A DNA stretch of 64,000 nucleotides from Tubulanus polymorphus. Lineage: Eukaryota; Animalia; Nemertea. Shown one piece after another: positions 1 to 10,500 of this stretch. The notes beneath the pieces were generated by a model. It was not told where the DNA came from. It saw only the letters and a list, made by a program, of their open reading frames with translations, and made no database searches. The stretch covers positions 24,328,560 to 24,392,559 of the forward strand of contig NC_134027.1 of the NCBI RefSeq assembly GCF_964204645.1, read 5' to 3'. Position numbers and translations under genes: made by a program. Positions within the stretch are counted from its first letter, which is position 1. Every line of letters starts with the position of its first letter.

Positions 1-916
1 CTTGTAAAAAAAGAATTGAATCCAGTTCATATCACGAGATTCATTACCTTCTAACTCACCAGCCTACTCACCTGTCCCTGCGGATGAAGGAGTTGTCGAA
101 GTTTCAGTCGCCACACCAGTCGTAGCGGTCACTAATAAAAAAATAAATCATAGATTTTTACCCAGCATAATTAACGACAGAATTGACTGAAATCGACGTA
201 AGACAAAGTGTGATGAGTACGAAATCAAATCGACATAGAAGTTAATCTTTCTTCGTTGTTGGCCCGAAGCGAACTAACTAGTCCTGTGTACTCACTTGTA
301 GTTGCCGAGGTATCGTCAGTCGTCTCACTGGTCGTAGCATCCACTTGTAAAAAAAGAATTGAATCCAGTTCATATCACGAGATTCATTACCTTCTCATTA
401 ACTCAATTTACGATGAACTGAATCGATTGACAACTCACTTGTTGCTGCCGGTGAAGCACCGGCCGAGGTATCAGTTTTCAAAGGGGTCTTAGTATCCGCT
501 TGTTAAAGAAAGAAAAACAGAAATCACAGAGTTGAATCCATGTCACAAAAGGATCGACTTTTTAATCGGCGTAACAGGAAAATCAATACAACATTTTATG
601 GTCGCTAGCCGCCATTTTGTGAGGTAACGTTGTCACTGCATTGAACGGCGTGAGAGAGACAACTTTAAACTCGTTCTTCTCACTATATACACATCTCGTT
701 TCTAGTTTTTCTCTCACATCTGACGACGATCTCTAGTGAGAGTCCAAAACGTCGTGTATTTTGATTCCATTCGCTTTAACTTTGTTGGGACCAGTTGTTC
801 AAAATTCAAATTGGAAATCAAGTACATCGAAATTTACTTATCTCATTCTGCGTGCACGACGTCACGTATGACGTCATCAACAGCAGCATGGTTCCCAGAG
901 TTATGAAATAATTCAT
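1..916 (-). CDS. Secreted/mucin-like Thr-rich protein, 5' part; exons 838-916, 439-498, 296-343, 72-131, continuing off the left edge
   Basis: The ATG at 916 follows a ttcag acceptor and encodes a signal-peptide-like MNYFITLGTMLLLMTSYVTSCTQNEI. Three phase 1-1 micro-exons (60, 48, 60 nt; ag/gtgagt borders) encode DTKTPLKTDTSAGASPAAT, DATTSETTDDTSATT and TATTGVATETSTTPSSAGT. A further acceptor lies at 1-13, and intron sequence 1-52 is duplicated at 344-395. Confidence 0.8.
716..757 (+). ncRNA. Degenerate minimal hammerhead-ribozyme-like motif (Penelope-type)
   Basis: acat-CTGACGA-c-gatctctagtgagagtc-cAAAAC-GTC-gtgt. Core 1, a stem II hairpin and stem I pairing are present, but the GAAA core is mutated. 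Confidence 0.4.
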
Positions 917-1017
917 CTGAAACGATAGACACATGTATATTTAATCGCTGTAATATATTTGCATTCTTATATGCACCACTTGATGACATGTATATATCTC
1001 GTATTTTGTTTCACTCA

Positions 1018-1064
1018 GATTTCCTGAAGATGACTATTAGATTATTGCCGAAACGTCGGATGGT
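1018..1064 (+). ncRNA. Minimal hammerhead-ribozyme-like motif with partly degenerate stem II; probable Penelope-like remnant extending to about 1250
   Basis: ttc-CTGAAGA-t-gactattagattattgcc-GAAAC-GTC-gga. It shares ttcctgaagatgactattag with the intact motif at 57910-57955. Confidence 0.55.
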
Positions 1065-1399
1065 AAATGCATGGCTGAAAGGAAACTTTTCGGACTTGAT
1101 CTTCCAACGGATCTACATCAATCTCACGAATGATAAAAATGGACTCCAACCGCAGGAATCCGCGTTTTCGCGGAAGATATTCATCCATGTGTGGGATTAT
1201 CGTTACAACACTCAACCATTTCAATGTGTCTCGGGTGCACTCAGACATTGAATAAACGTATTGAAAATGAGTTCATTTTTGAGCAAATGAAATAGTAAGT
1301 TTTCTACCGAACGCGCATACGACCCTAATTATCAATTGATTACCTTTTACATTTAATTGATTACCTTCTATCAATGAATTAATTACCTTATTTTCTGAT

Positions 1400-2700
1400 A
1401 GTTGCAGAATTTTACTGGATTATTTGCGTCGTTGTGTGAGTTGTCTTCACCAAATGCAATCACTCGAAAAGTAATCACAAATAATGCAAAGAATCACCGA
1501 GTATATATAGTGCTGACAAACAGGTGACAGGAGGTAGTCATTGTGTTCGTGAAAAATGCTGAGAGAAACTGTATTTCTGTGAGTTGCAGATTCCAAAGAT
1601 TATTTTCATCATTTTCTAAGGTGTGTGCACCGAATGCACTCGCATTTCAAGCAGTCACACAGAACGTGTTGAATTGCTGAATAAAAATAGCGCTGATAAA
1701 CAGGTGGTAGGAGCTAGTCATTGTGTTCATTGTGAAAAAAACTGTATTTGTGAGAGTTGCAGATCCTACAGATGATTGTAGCGTCATTCTCTAAGGTGTG
1801 TGCACCGAATGCACTCAAGCAGTAACAAAAAATGCGATGAATTGAGATGAATACCGATACTGATAAACAGGTGACGGTAGCTAGTCATTGTGCTTGTGAA
1901 GAATGAGAATAGAACCTGTACAGTTACAGATTTTGCAGATTATGAGCGTCATTTTCTAAGGTGTGTGCACCGAATGCACTCAAGCAGTCACACAACATGT
2001 GAAGAATTGTTTGAATACAGATAGCACCAATAAACAGGTGACGGTAGCTAGTCATTGTGTTTACGAAGAATGAGAATGAACCTGTATACTTTCAGATTTT
2101 GCAGATCATTCCCATCGTAATCTCAAGTGTGTGCACCGAATGCACTCAAGGCGTCACGCGAAACGCAAAGGATCGTTGAATACAGATATTGCCAATGAAC
2201 AGGTGACGGTAGCTAGCCATCGTGGTCATGAAGAGTGAAAATAGAAAATGTATAGTTTCAAGTTTGCCGGTCATTCCCATCGTAATCTCAAGTATGTGCA
2301 CCGAATGCACTCCAAGCAGTCATACAGAACGCGAAGAATATTTGAATACAGATATTGCCGATAAACAGGTGACGGTAGCTAGTCATTGTGTTCATGGAGA
2401 ATGAGAAAAGAACCTGTATAGTTACAGATTTTGCAGATCATTTCCATCGTTATCTCAAGTGTGTGCACCGAATGCACTCTTCAGTCACACGAAACGTGGA
2501 GTTGATACAGATATTGCCGATGGTAGCTAGTCATTGTATTCGTGGAGAATGAAAATAGAACCTGTATGGTCACAGATTTTGCGGATTATTTCAATCGTGT
2601 GAGCACCGAATATCACACAAAACTTGTAACTTGGAGAATTGAAAAATACAAATATCGCTGATAAACAGGTTACGGGTGTTTATCATCGTATTTGTGAAGA
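1400..2700. repeat. Degenerate tandem repeat, about 8 units of about 165-175 bp
   Basis: The anchors gtgcaccgaatgcact (about 1625, 1800, 1965, 2131, 2296, 2463, 2601) and aaacaggtgacggtagctagtcattgtg recur at this period, with indels between units. Confidence 0.9.
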
Positions 2701-2778
2701 ATGGTGATATCAGTTGGGCAATGATCAGAACTCGTCCCACGGCAACAATTTAAAAAACATCTCAGGACTCCACTGGTA

Positions 2779-3119
2779 CATCCTCCCCCGGCAGGGATTC
2801 GAACCTGATGGCATCGAGATTGCCACGGCACGAAACCCTGCCACAATCGACCATGTGCGCAGATACATGCGCAGTTCAGATGATGTGATTTTTAGCCAGA
2901 AATCAGAAATCCCGTTTTATTTTAGCCCGGGTTTTCCCATTTATAGTTCCTCCTCGAAATTTGCCTCAACGATTATACAACGAGCAATCTGATTCGTGCC
3001 GCCAGTTTTCGTTCGGATAGTGCGCATGTAACTGCGCACATGGTCGTCTATGGCAGGGTTTCGTGCCGTGGCTTAGTGTAGCGATGCCATCAGGTTCGAG
3101 TCCCTGCAGTGGGAGGATG
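2779..3119. mobile_element. MITE with about 100-bp imperfect TIRs and a 9-bp TSD (Mutator-like by TSD length)
   Basis: Termini are CATCCTCCC...GGGAGGATG, and the direct repeat ccactggta lies at 2770-2778 and 3120-3128. A second copy is at 58494-58817. Confidence 0.85.
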
Positions 3120-3128
3120 CCACTGGTA

Positions 3129-4390
3129 TAGTATAGTATAGTATAGTATAGTAGTTTATTTGTCACCATCAATATGTACAAGATTAATAATAACAATAGT
3201 AAATTACAAACAATGAGGTGACAGGAGCCTGAACGGAGCCATAAAGGCTGTATATCCAAAAGGATGTTCAGACACCTTGAACACAAAGAACAAATTAAAG
3301 AAAAGAACAAATGAAGAGGGATGAGTTGATGAAAAATTAAGATGAATTTAAATCATGCAGACGTGTATGAATTAGGATATTATTTTGTATAAGTATCTAT
3401 TTTGTATCAATATTGGTTAAAAATATCTCTTTTGAACCTACTAACGAGGGTGTTTATAGTTGGAGCGGATTTAATGAGTAAAGGTTGACTTTGCCAAATT
3501 GAAGGAACTTTACAGAGGAATGACTTATTGAAAATGCTGGTTTTGTGGGCTTGGATTCTAGGGTGGTTTCGAGCTCTAGTATTATATCTATGATTAAAGG
3601 AATTTCTATTAAATAAATTTACAATTGGTTGCGGAAGTTGGTTATAAACAAATCCATATGCAAGTTTGATAAGTTCTAAGTTTATCATATCTTCAAACTT
3701 CGGAATCTTGAACTTTTTAAAAAGAGGTGAGGTAGAGGCGTTGTTTTTAGCACAACCAATAACACGGATTGCTTTCTTTTGTAATTTGGTTAAAACATTG
3801 ACTTGCTTCTTTGAGATTAATGGACCCCAGAGAGATAAACAGTATGCTAGATGAGAGTTTATGTAACTGAAGTAAAGCAATCGCTTTGACCAGCTTGGTA
3901 AAAGATTTTTCACACATTTCAATAGGTAAATATTCTTATTCAGCTTAGAACAAAGAGATTTCACGTGACTTTCAAATGTAAGTTTATCATCAATCAGCAG
4001 TCCTAAAAATCTATGCACATGAACAAACTCGATTTGGCTATTTTCAAATTTTAAAGTGGGATTGTCAATTCTTAGATGATGTGGTTTAATACAAAGTCCA
4101 GCAGATTTTGTTATATTGAGCGTGAGTTTATTTGCCCTGAACCAATTGATAGCAATTTTGAAGTCGTCACTTAGATGTTTAGTTATTTTTTCAAAGTCTT
4201 TCCCTACAATTAGAAGTGTGGTGTCGTCGGCAAATAAAATAGCTTTGCAGTTGTCTAGATTATGACTAAGATCGTTTATATACAACAAAAATAGGAGTGG
4301 CCCCAAAACCAATCCCTGCGAAACTCCGTAATCAACAGTGTTGATTTCCGATTCAAAGCTATTATATTTGACATTAATTTGACTCAAAAA
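3129..4390 (-). mobile_element. 5'-truncated non-LTR retrotransposon (CR1/L2-group LINE): C-terminal RT ORF 3407-4387, 3' UTR and microsatellite tail
   Basis: RT motifs GVSQGLVLGPLLFLLYINDL and LFADDT, plus NKLTLN..K, FLGLLIDDKLTF and a C-terminal H.YNTR. On the - strand, AATAAA is followed by a (CTATA)n tail at about 3129-3160. The endonuclease and N-terminal RT are absent. Confidence 0.93.
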
Positions 4391-4962
4391 CTGGTGAAAT
4401 CCACAAGTAAAAGAAAGACCCAGGGGTGGATCTAGGAAAATTGGAAGGCTTCTAAATATCTTTAGTATTAACTCTGAAGAAACCGAGAAATTTGAACTGT
4501 TTAAGATTTTTCTTAGTTAATGAGTTAATCACTTTCTCGCGGAATTGGCCTGCAGCAGGTTGATTTGCGGATATAACGAAAATATTTCTTTAAGTTAAAC
4601 TAACAAATATTTTCGATATTAAATTTCTCTACGTACATTTTGTCGCATTTTCTGAAGTCTGTTATACGAATCTAAGATGTGAACATACGACATGAATAAA
4701 CATTGGACTGGGACAAAGCGAAGAAATGTATTTCTTATAGCAAGAGGCGATTTCAAGCCATATGTTTAAGGCCTATACAACTGGAAAAGCTTTTCTAAAA
4801 GAACTGGGACGATGTGTGCGAGCAATCATTGGACAACCAGTTGCTATGGTATCGCAGCAATGGTTACTAGGTAACCCTGTGTTTTTGGTTGCTGGTCACC
4901 GGATGCGACCAGATCATTTACCGCGTGAAATTCAGCACTAGTTGCTACCTCTCAGCGTAGAG

Positions 4963-6106
4963 ATGGACACAATTCCTAGATTCCCCGATTGGGCGACGAT
5001 TGATGAATCGAAAGTATTTATGGACGGTAAATATTTTAGTTCGATGAAGCAACTATCATTCATAACAGGATTTTTGTGATAAGATTTTTGATGCTCAAGG
5101 CGTGTTTGAAAACGATTGAATGTTACCTTTTTAGATCCCGAATTTCACCTCGATGGTAAAATTTACACAGTTTATAACATTCATACCATACCCGGTAATT
5201 AGAACATTCGGTTTTCAACCATTCAACGACTGATTTTAAAAGCTGCAGTTTGATTTATATTTTTCATGTATAAATTGTAGGCATTCCCGAAGACTTGTGG
5301 GTATCGGCGCCTCGTAACACGGTCCTCTTTACCAATTACCCCACATATCCGTCCGAACAAATTAAAGTTATTGGAAGGTCGATCGGATGGGATACCGGGC
5401 GTGCCATGACCAGGATCTTCGACAAATCAAACTGGTGGAAAATAGAACTGAACGAAAATGAGCTCCCGACACCTTTGAAATTATCAGTATTTGACAAGGA
5501 AGACATCGAAATCAAGTCGGAGCCTAAAGCAGTTCGCTTTATCGATTCACGACCCGGTATTCATTTTCTGCAGTGGGGATACGGGTCGGTACAGGTTCTA
5601 CCTTATCATCAGGAAGGTAAATATCGCTCGTTATGGTAAACACTTATTATGTTTTACTCGTCCATTGCGTAATCGTTTTTCTATTTTAGAAAAAACGGAT
5701 GAGTTGAATTGGAAAGTTGGCGAATACGAAAAAGAAAAGGATGATTGCAACGTTAAGGAATCGGAACCAGAAATAACCGTTGCAGTTCCCGAAAAAGTTG
5801 CGAATGTCGAAATGAATAAGAAAGGCTCTACTGGATTCAAAGGTAAGCATCTAGTCATCACGAACCTGATAAGTCCTTGGAGTTTAATCAGATTGAACTT
5901 CTCCAATATTTATAGTGGCACGCTCTTCGATGTGTAAATTTTACTCACAACCGAAAGAAAGTGGATTTTGATAAAGCGTCTTTGAATTCTGATCATATTG
6001 TTTTTTAACCTAAAATTGTCTATTTTTTGTAGCAAAATTCAGAAAAATTGCCAAATTCCTCAGAAGAAGTTTCCTGAGAGTGTTCGTGTGCGGCGGTGGC
6101 CGATGA
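4963..6106 (+). CDS. 215-aa protein with a CBM20 (starch/glycogen-binding)-like segment; exons 4963-5026, 5135-5155, 5281-5616, 5690-5842, 6033-6106
   Basis: All four introns are GT-AG and phase 1, and the 648 nt join in frame to TGA. Exon 3 (TVLFTNYPTYPSEQIKVIGRSIGWDTGRAMTRIFDKSNWWKIEL) follows the CBM20 pattern T..GE.l.V.G...G.W...A..m....W. The C-terminus is basic and amphipathic (KFRKIAKFLRRSFLRVFVCGGGR). The domain call is by eye. Confidence 0.75.
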
Positions 6107-7514
6107 AGTGCTTTTCGTTGAATCTTGTGATATTTGGAGGCGTTTCAGTTGTTGCGAGGAGGTCTGGTAACATGTTGGAGGGATTGATAGAACTCGGGGA
6201 CGACTCACATCGGAGAATACAGCATCTTTAGAACCGAGCAAACCACGAGTTACAGTGTGAGCTGACATTTTCTAAGGAGGGAATTCGTGAAATGAGGATA
6301 AAGCGTTAGAGCACAGCTAAAGATTTCATGGTCAGAGTTGCCAATATCATCTACTTCTATATAACAAATTATTATTGGTAAAATTTCAATAATTATTGCT
6401 TGGGTACTTGAAGAATTTTAGTACAGAAAGATAGATGAAACGGCATCAGAGTTTACGTGTAACCTCCTGACTAGTGTCAGGTGCATCACTTTGTAATATC
6501 GAAGGTGTATCTTTGCTCTGTTCCTATTATGATATTCCCAAACTTGTATAACTCGTAAACCCCCGAGCGAGGTTTCTAATCGATAACGGTTTTCTAACTG
6601 TGGGAGGTAATCGGGTTCTATCAGTTCAATCAACCTCTGTTTCCAGTCCTCTGCAGCGGCGACTAAACGTCTCTCGTTCCAATGAACTGTGATTCGGGCC
6701 TATACCGCCAATATATATTTGATTTCTATAAAACATTTCTATATCGTATTTTCATGTTCGGCTCATTCTTTTTGCCATTGTCCGCGACGAATATTTTACG
6801 TTCGGCTGATTTATTGTACAAGAATCTTTCCCCTTTCTTTAGAATATTCAAAATTCAAATTAATTCCACATCATACGTTTTAAAACGTATTACATATATC
6901 CACGTATTCTGGAGTCTGTCTGACAGGGATATAAACTCTTAAAAATGAACTTGAATATCAAGGAGGGTTAGATTGTTTTCCACCGGAAGACGGCTGGCAG
7001 ACGGAAAAGTTACCGAAGTCGTGTCTTTGTGCAGATTGTCTTCCAACTGTGGAACTAAGGGTCTTTTACGTTGAAAATAGACCTTGCACCGGCGCAAATC
7101 AAAGTTACGATAATATTCGAAGACAATTGCATATGATATTACTAACAACTAACTAATACAAAATATTACATCGATGGAAAAATTAAATAAGGATTTGGAC
7201 TGATAATGTTTGCGCAGCGTCAGAGACCCTAACGTTCCTCTCTCGCAAGCGTTTGACCGCGATGGTATGGTGAGACTCTACCTCGTTCCTCCCTCGCGAG
7301 ATTTGGCATCATGAGACTATACTATGCAGGTCATTCTCAATTTCAATTGAGTGGAGCCTTCTTAGATTTAACACAGTTCTATAAACCTGAACCACGGGTG
7401 TCTCGTATAGACGTAGTTTCGAAGCATTACATCGTCGGCAGATCAAAGCAAATCGTGGTTATGTGTTGAAATCATAAAGCGCTTTTCAGCAAAATGTTCC
7501 GAATCATTTGATAA

Positions 7515-10500
7515 CTATTTGTTCACATCTTCATAAACGTTTGGCTCGATATCAGACTCGGCTTTAAAAAAAAGAAAGAAACGCAATGAATAAAACAGGT
7601 TCCAGGCCAGGAGAATGATGGCTGGTCGGGAAAGAACGAGTTTTCGGAGTTTTAAAAGAAGATATTGACTCAAGACACGATGAGGTTTAGAGGTTTTTGT
7701 TGATATTTCCAAAATTACCATGATCTATCGCGAATACTCACCGCTAAAAGCCACGTTTACATATGTTGCTGCGGCGTATTCACAAATATCAAAGGTCATT
7801 GTGAGAGAAATACTGAAAAAGGGTAATCATTATTCACTGCTTTGATGATAAACATACGTGAATCTGTGTCTTTGATTTCATTGCTGTTACAATAAACTGC
7901 GATTAAAAAAGAGTCTATAGATAACCATTAAAATTCATACACATTGTCATTATATAAGTCAAACCGTCAACTGGGACTCCTCAATTCAAGCAGCTTGCGC
8001 GATGAATATCTATGAATGCTGTGACGTCACCACAGGCGCTTGAATATCGGCCTTGACCTTGTTGGTGTGTTTGGAAGTGATAGCATATTACCGTAATCTA
8101 CGACATAACGTTCACCGAGTTATAATTACCTGCCGATGATTCTTTAGCTCTTCTGAAATGAACCAGCAATTTAAACGATAAATGCTTCGATTGTTAGTTC
8201 AGCAGGTTTTTTCTAAATGGAAAAAGGAATTGAAATGGTTTTAATATTTCCCTCCCGTCTGTCCAAAACGGCTGTCGAGTTAACTGATTTTTGTGTAAAT
8301 CGAAGTACGAAGTTCGGTTCCGGTTCATTCAAACAATCTTCCAACCAGTTTGAACCGGCAAGCGACTGATTTTGATAAAGGCATTCAAGATGGTATTGGG
8401 TGCCGGTTAGAATAAAACAAAGGAGCAGTAAAAAACTCACGTTCCACTTGATTTGTAGTTGAAGACGCGGCCTCCGTTTCTGAGAAGAATGATTAAAAGT
8501 ACAACTAATACGACAACTACCAGAATAAACGATATGCTAGCAAGAACAACCGCAGCAATCACCAGCGGATCACGAGAGAACTGCTCTTGTGATTGGTTCA
8601 CTGAAAACAACACTATTGCTAAACAACATTTACATAATGATGGGGATGTAGAAACTACTGGCGAAACTGTCGTAACATTTACATAATGATGGGGATGTAG
8701 AAACTACCGGGGAAACTGTCGTAACATTTACATGATAATGGAGATGTAGAACACAGAACATCATGAAAATGATTTTTCGAAATTACTGCAACAAAGAGGT
8801 GTTTTACCTCCTTCCGAATGAAGCTCTCTGCGTGCAATGACGTCACTACTTTCAGTAACAATCAGTTTGTAACTGTTTGCCTGGCCGGGATTGGTTTTAA
8901 TCTTTATACTTATCGAGCCATCAGTACCAGTACTTTCTATCGGTTTAGTAGATTCACAGTGGTTCGTATCCTTAGTACAGTATTTCACGTACACTCCGTA
9001 TCCCGGCAGAAATGACGGCAATTTCACCACAACTAAATCGTCTTTTGTTGTTATTGTAGCCGCACTCAAAGCTAAAACGACTTCACCTGGAATGTCTAAA
9101 AATGTATAATAAATAGAATCACTTCCGAGCACGGCGCTGAAGACATAAAGGCTTGAAATCGAGATGAAACTAAAGTACATTGCTGTTTAGAAACAGTCAC
9201 TGATTATGAAACTATTTATGCATGAAATGCTTAATCTGAAAAGGAAATTACGTTGACATTTCTTACTATTTGTTTTAGTTGTAACTATATCAGTGAATGG
9301 ACTTGTATTATCACCGGGATTTGAGTTGACACTTCTCACTTTGAACTCATAATCAGTTGCTTGTTTTAATCCGGTTATTTTTGTTTGCACCAGTTTTCTA
9401 TAACCGGGGTCAGGTATTTCAGCTTTGTCGATGAACAGTGTGGAGTCTGACGCCCTGTGATTGACGGTGACGGTGAACGTTTGTTCGGAACCACCCTCAT
9501 ATTCAGACACCCAGCTCAGCGTCGCAGATACGGCCGTTTTTGTGACGACTTTCAGATTTGTGGGGGTCTGCGGAGGCCCTGAAATAGGAAAGTTTATAAT
9601 TCATAGAAACTTTATAAGTTTGAGAATATAGTGTACAAGCTGCATTGAATGTCAGCTTTCAGTTGACGGTAGGATGTATCGTACATGGAACTCTTAAAAT
9701 AGAACGTATGTATGCATGAAAATCAAAGAAAATCTAAAAATTTCACCTAATGTCTACTTTTCGAAAAGTCCTATACTTTACCAGTCTCTGTTAGTCTAAG
9801 TTCAAATACTGCACTGCTGCCAATTAAATTACCGAGTCTACAATTAAAGGTTCCATAATCAGACGCCTGAACAGATTTTACAATTAAATCGCATTGAGTT
9901 TTGCTAATCGTGGAAAAATGCGTTTTCCGTTTGATTGCGACTGCAGCTCAAAGTTGTCGCTTTTGGATACGCGTCGTAGTTTATCGTGAATTTAGCCGTT
10001 CCTCCTGATTTTGCTGCTACGCGTTTGACTCGTCTGAGGAGCCTTGTTGCATCTATAGAAAATAGGGGAAAAAAATCATATTTACAATTCACCTAATACA
10101 AAAAATATGTGAGACTGCTAGATGGGCCTGGTTTTACTATAAAATAGAGAACGACAAGAATCTGACATTTGATTTAAAAGTTATTTGCTTTAATGGATTT
10201 TAATCGAGATTCAGTTTCGTGATTAATTTCACTAATTTTGCATCCATACTTCGATTCGATGGGTTTGTGGTGTATCGAATGTTTGTTACTTACATTGGAC
10301 GTTGACAGTAGCGATATTACTGAAAGTTAAACCCCCTCTATTTGTCACTTGACATCTGTATCGCCCTGAATCGTTTCTTGATACAGGATGAAAATAAAAC
10401 CGATTATCACCAGCACCCGTGGAACTGATTGATTTCCAGACACCCGGTTCAGTTGACAATTGCCAAGCGAAATTGTAGCTAACAGGGTTTCCACCATTCG

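Noticed and set aside
2714-3310. ORFs sharing ILPxQGFEPDGI (also 28421-28672 and 58658-58840) as a protein family
   Set aside because: The shared peptide is simply the translated MITE TIR.
6418-7148. Possible decayed coding region on the - strand
   Set aside because: It has multiple stops, no recognisable motif and no consistent splice signals.
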